Shown piece after piece: positions 62,985 through 64,000 of a stretch of DNA of 64,000 nt. The stretch covers positions 869,431 through 933,430 of the forward strand of contig CAVWLM010000006.1 of the NCBI GenBank assembly GCA_963755905.1, in the 5' to 3' direction. Origin of the DNA: an uncultured delta proteobacterium (GTDB lineage Bacteria; Desulfobacterota; Binatia; Binatales; Binataceae). Position numbers and translations under genes: made by a program. Numbering within the stretch: the stretch's first letter is position 1; every line of letters begins with the position of its first letter. The notes beneath the pieces are model-generated. The model searched no databases. It saw only the letters and a program-made list of their open reading frames with translations, and was not told the origin of the DNA.

Positions 62985-64000
62985 CTACGATCGCATCACC
63001 TCGCGGTAGTGGCGCCAGATACCGCGCTGGGTGGTTTCATCGGTTTCATGGCCAGCAATCGTGCCTTCGCGCTCGCGATGTTCGCGATGGAGCCCGCGGC
63101 GCAACACCAGCCATTCGTTGGTTCGCGCGCGAAAGCCCTCCTGGTTGCGTTCGTACGCCTCGAAATCGTCGGGCGCCACGCGGCCCGCCGGCCCGTGAAT
63201 CAGATAGGTCTCGGCCAGGCGCCGCCGATTCATCTCCTCGGGCGCGCCTTTTAGCATCGCCGGATAGTAACAGACGATCGTCTCGTCCACGCTTACCGGC
63301 TGGATGACCCGGAACTGATTAAGTATGAAAATGAGATTGGGGAATATGCAGAAGTGCGGTCCGCCAATTTCTATAATCTCACGCGCGCGATCAGCTCCGT
63401 AGCGCTCCTCCATCGCGCCTGTGTACTGCCGCCATGCCTCCACGCTCCATCCCTGAGGCACCACCCGCCCGCCACGCTCCCGGTTCACCGGCGTCAGGTC
63501 GAGTTGCGCGCTGCCGCCGCCCAGGTCCCGCGCGAGCGCGTCCGTGTGCTCCCCGAAAACCGATTCCATGTCGACCTTGCGCTCCTTGGTGATCAACATC
63601 ATCGCCGCGTGGTGCAGGATGTTTGGATGGTAGCCGTCGACCGAGTTCTCGAGCGCCATCTTCCAGTTGCCCCTGAACGAATGCTTGAGCACTCCTGAGC
63701 GCAATACCACTTCGCCCTCGGGCGACAAATTCACGAACTGGTCGATTAGTCCCGCGGCCTTGCCCAGCCGCTCCTGAAGGCCCGGCCCCGACGCACTCAT
63801 GCTGCCGAAGATGAGTCCGCGGTAGGTCGCCGTCCGCGCCACCCGCGCGAGCGGATAGTCGTTGCGGGAGAACGAACCGTCGTAACCGGCGGCATACGGG
63901 ACTCCAACCAGCGCGCCCCGATTGTTGTAGGTCCATCCGTGATAGGCGCAACGGAACGCGTGCGCATTGCCGCGTTCGCTCTGGCATACGGTGTTCCCGC
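62985..64000 (-). CDS. Rieske-type aromatic ring-hydroxylating oxygenase alpha subunit, N-terminus outside the window
   Basis: The frame stays open beyond the tracked GTG 63842 to the window edge. By hand it translates to ...VCQSERGNAHAFRCAYHGWTYNNRG... (second half of the Rieske CxH...CxxH motif). The catalytic domain has ENSVDGYHPNILHH (mononuclear Fe His pair). Confidence 0.85.
   Translation of the reverse strand, partial: GNTVCQSERGNAHAFRCAYHGWTYNNRGALVGVPYAAGYDGSFSRNDYPLARVARTATYRGLIFGSMSASGPGLQERLGKAAGLIDQFVNLSPEGEVVLRSGVLKHSFRGNWKMALENSVDGYHPNILHHAAMMLITKERKVDMESVFGEHTDALARDLGGGSAQLDLTPVNRERGGRVVPQGWSVEAWRQYTGAMEERYGADRAREIIEIGGPHFCIFPNLIFILNQFRVIQPVSVDETIVCYYPAMLKGAPEEMNRRRLAETYLIHGPAGRVAPDDFEAYERNQEGFRARTNEWLVLRRGLHREHREREGTIAGHETDETTQRGIWRHYREVMRS

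Noticed and set aside
1-64000. Search for tRNA/rRNA genes, transposases, integrases, reverse transcriptases, restriction-modification or other defence systems
   Set aside because: None of the translated ORFs shows the corresponding motifs, and no intergenic region showed a cloverleaf-like tRNA. The window looks like core or accessory metabolism rather than a mobile or defence island. tRNAscan-SE, Infernal and DefenseFinder runs would be the decisive check.

Overview
GC-rich bacterial chromosomal window (about mid-60s % GC by eye, not computed), densely coding with about 53 genes on both strands. I recognised no rRNA, tRNA, CRISPR array, transposase, integrase or known phage-defence gene. Many long ORFs in the track are antisense shadow ORFs typical of high-GC DNA, and I rejected them. 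Content from left to right: (1) 1-6.9 kb holds miscellaneous genes: a DAO flavoprotein cut by the window edge, a glycine-zipper protein, an orphan FixJ/LuxR response regulator whose phospho-acceptor Asp is replaced by Gly, an MFS transporter, an unknown secreted protein and a NodB-type deacetylase. (2) 7.3-17.5 kb is the most interesting locus. It is a tight three-gene minus-strand operon: NodU/CmcH carbamoyltransferase, then a stand-alone NRPS A-PCP whose hand-extracted specificity code DILQLGMIWK predicts glycine, then a 2158-aa single-module type I PKS. The PKS has the non-canonical order KS-AT(malonyl)-KR-DH-CP-TE, and its thioesterase has a Cys (GLCAGG) where the nucleophile Ser is expected. 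This looks like an orphan minimal hybrid NRPS-PKS cluster for a small carbamoylated C4 amino acid (4-amino-3-hydroxybutyrate or 4-aminocrotonate type). (3) 17.8-24.2 kb holds hydrolases, an aldoxime dehydratase interrupted by a single-nt frameshift, a MetE-like protein, an amidohydrolase and DUF1636, with a divergent GntR regulator. (4) 27.4-35.2 kb holds an XRE-HTH/ModA-like (PBP_like) regulator, three tandem diverged aldehyde dehydrogenase paralogues, an AKR, and a convergent Mop molbindin plus a small secreted molybdopterin-binding-domain protein. (5) 35.5-52.5 kb is mixed. It includes unknown proteins, RlpA, a PHB-depolymerase-type esterase, acyl-CoA dehydrogenase, a CaiB CoA-transferase, a Fur operon and Usp. 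It also includes an OmpA lipoprotein with 22 consecutive prolines, a frameshifted DUF1329 gene, a roughly 300-nt AT-rich island and GlgX. (6) 52.6-64.0 kb is an acyl-CoA-type catabolic island: a split MaoC hydratase, a single-chain triple RidA/YjgF fusion, a D-aminoacylase-like amidohydrolase and an SDR. It continues with a translationally coupled CaiB pair, an LLM oxidoreductase, a crotonase, another CaiB and a Rieske oxygenase alpha subunit running off the window. All functional calls rest on motif and family recognition by eye; no searches were run.
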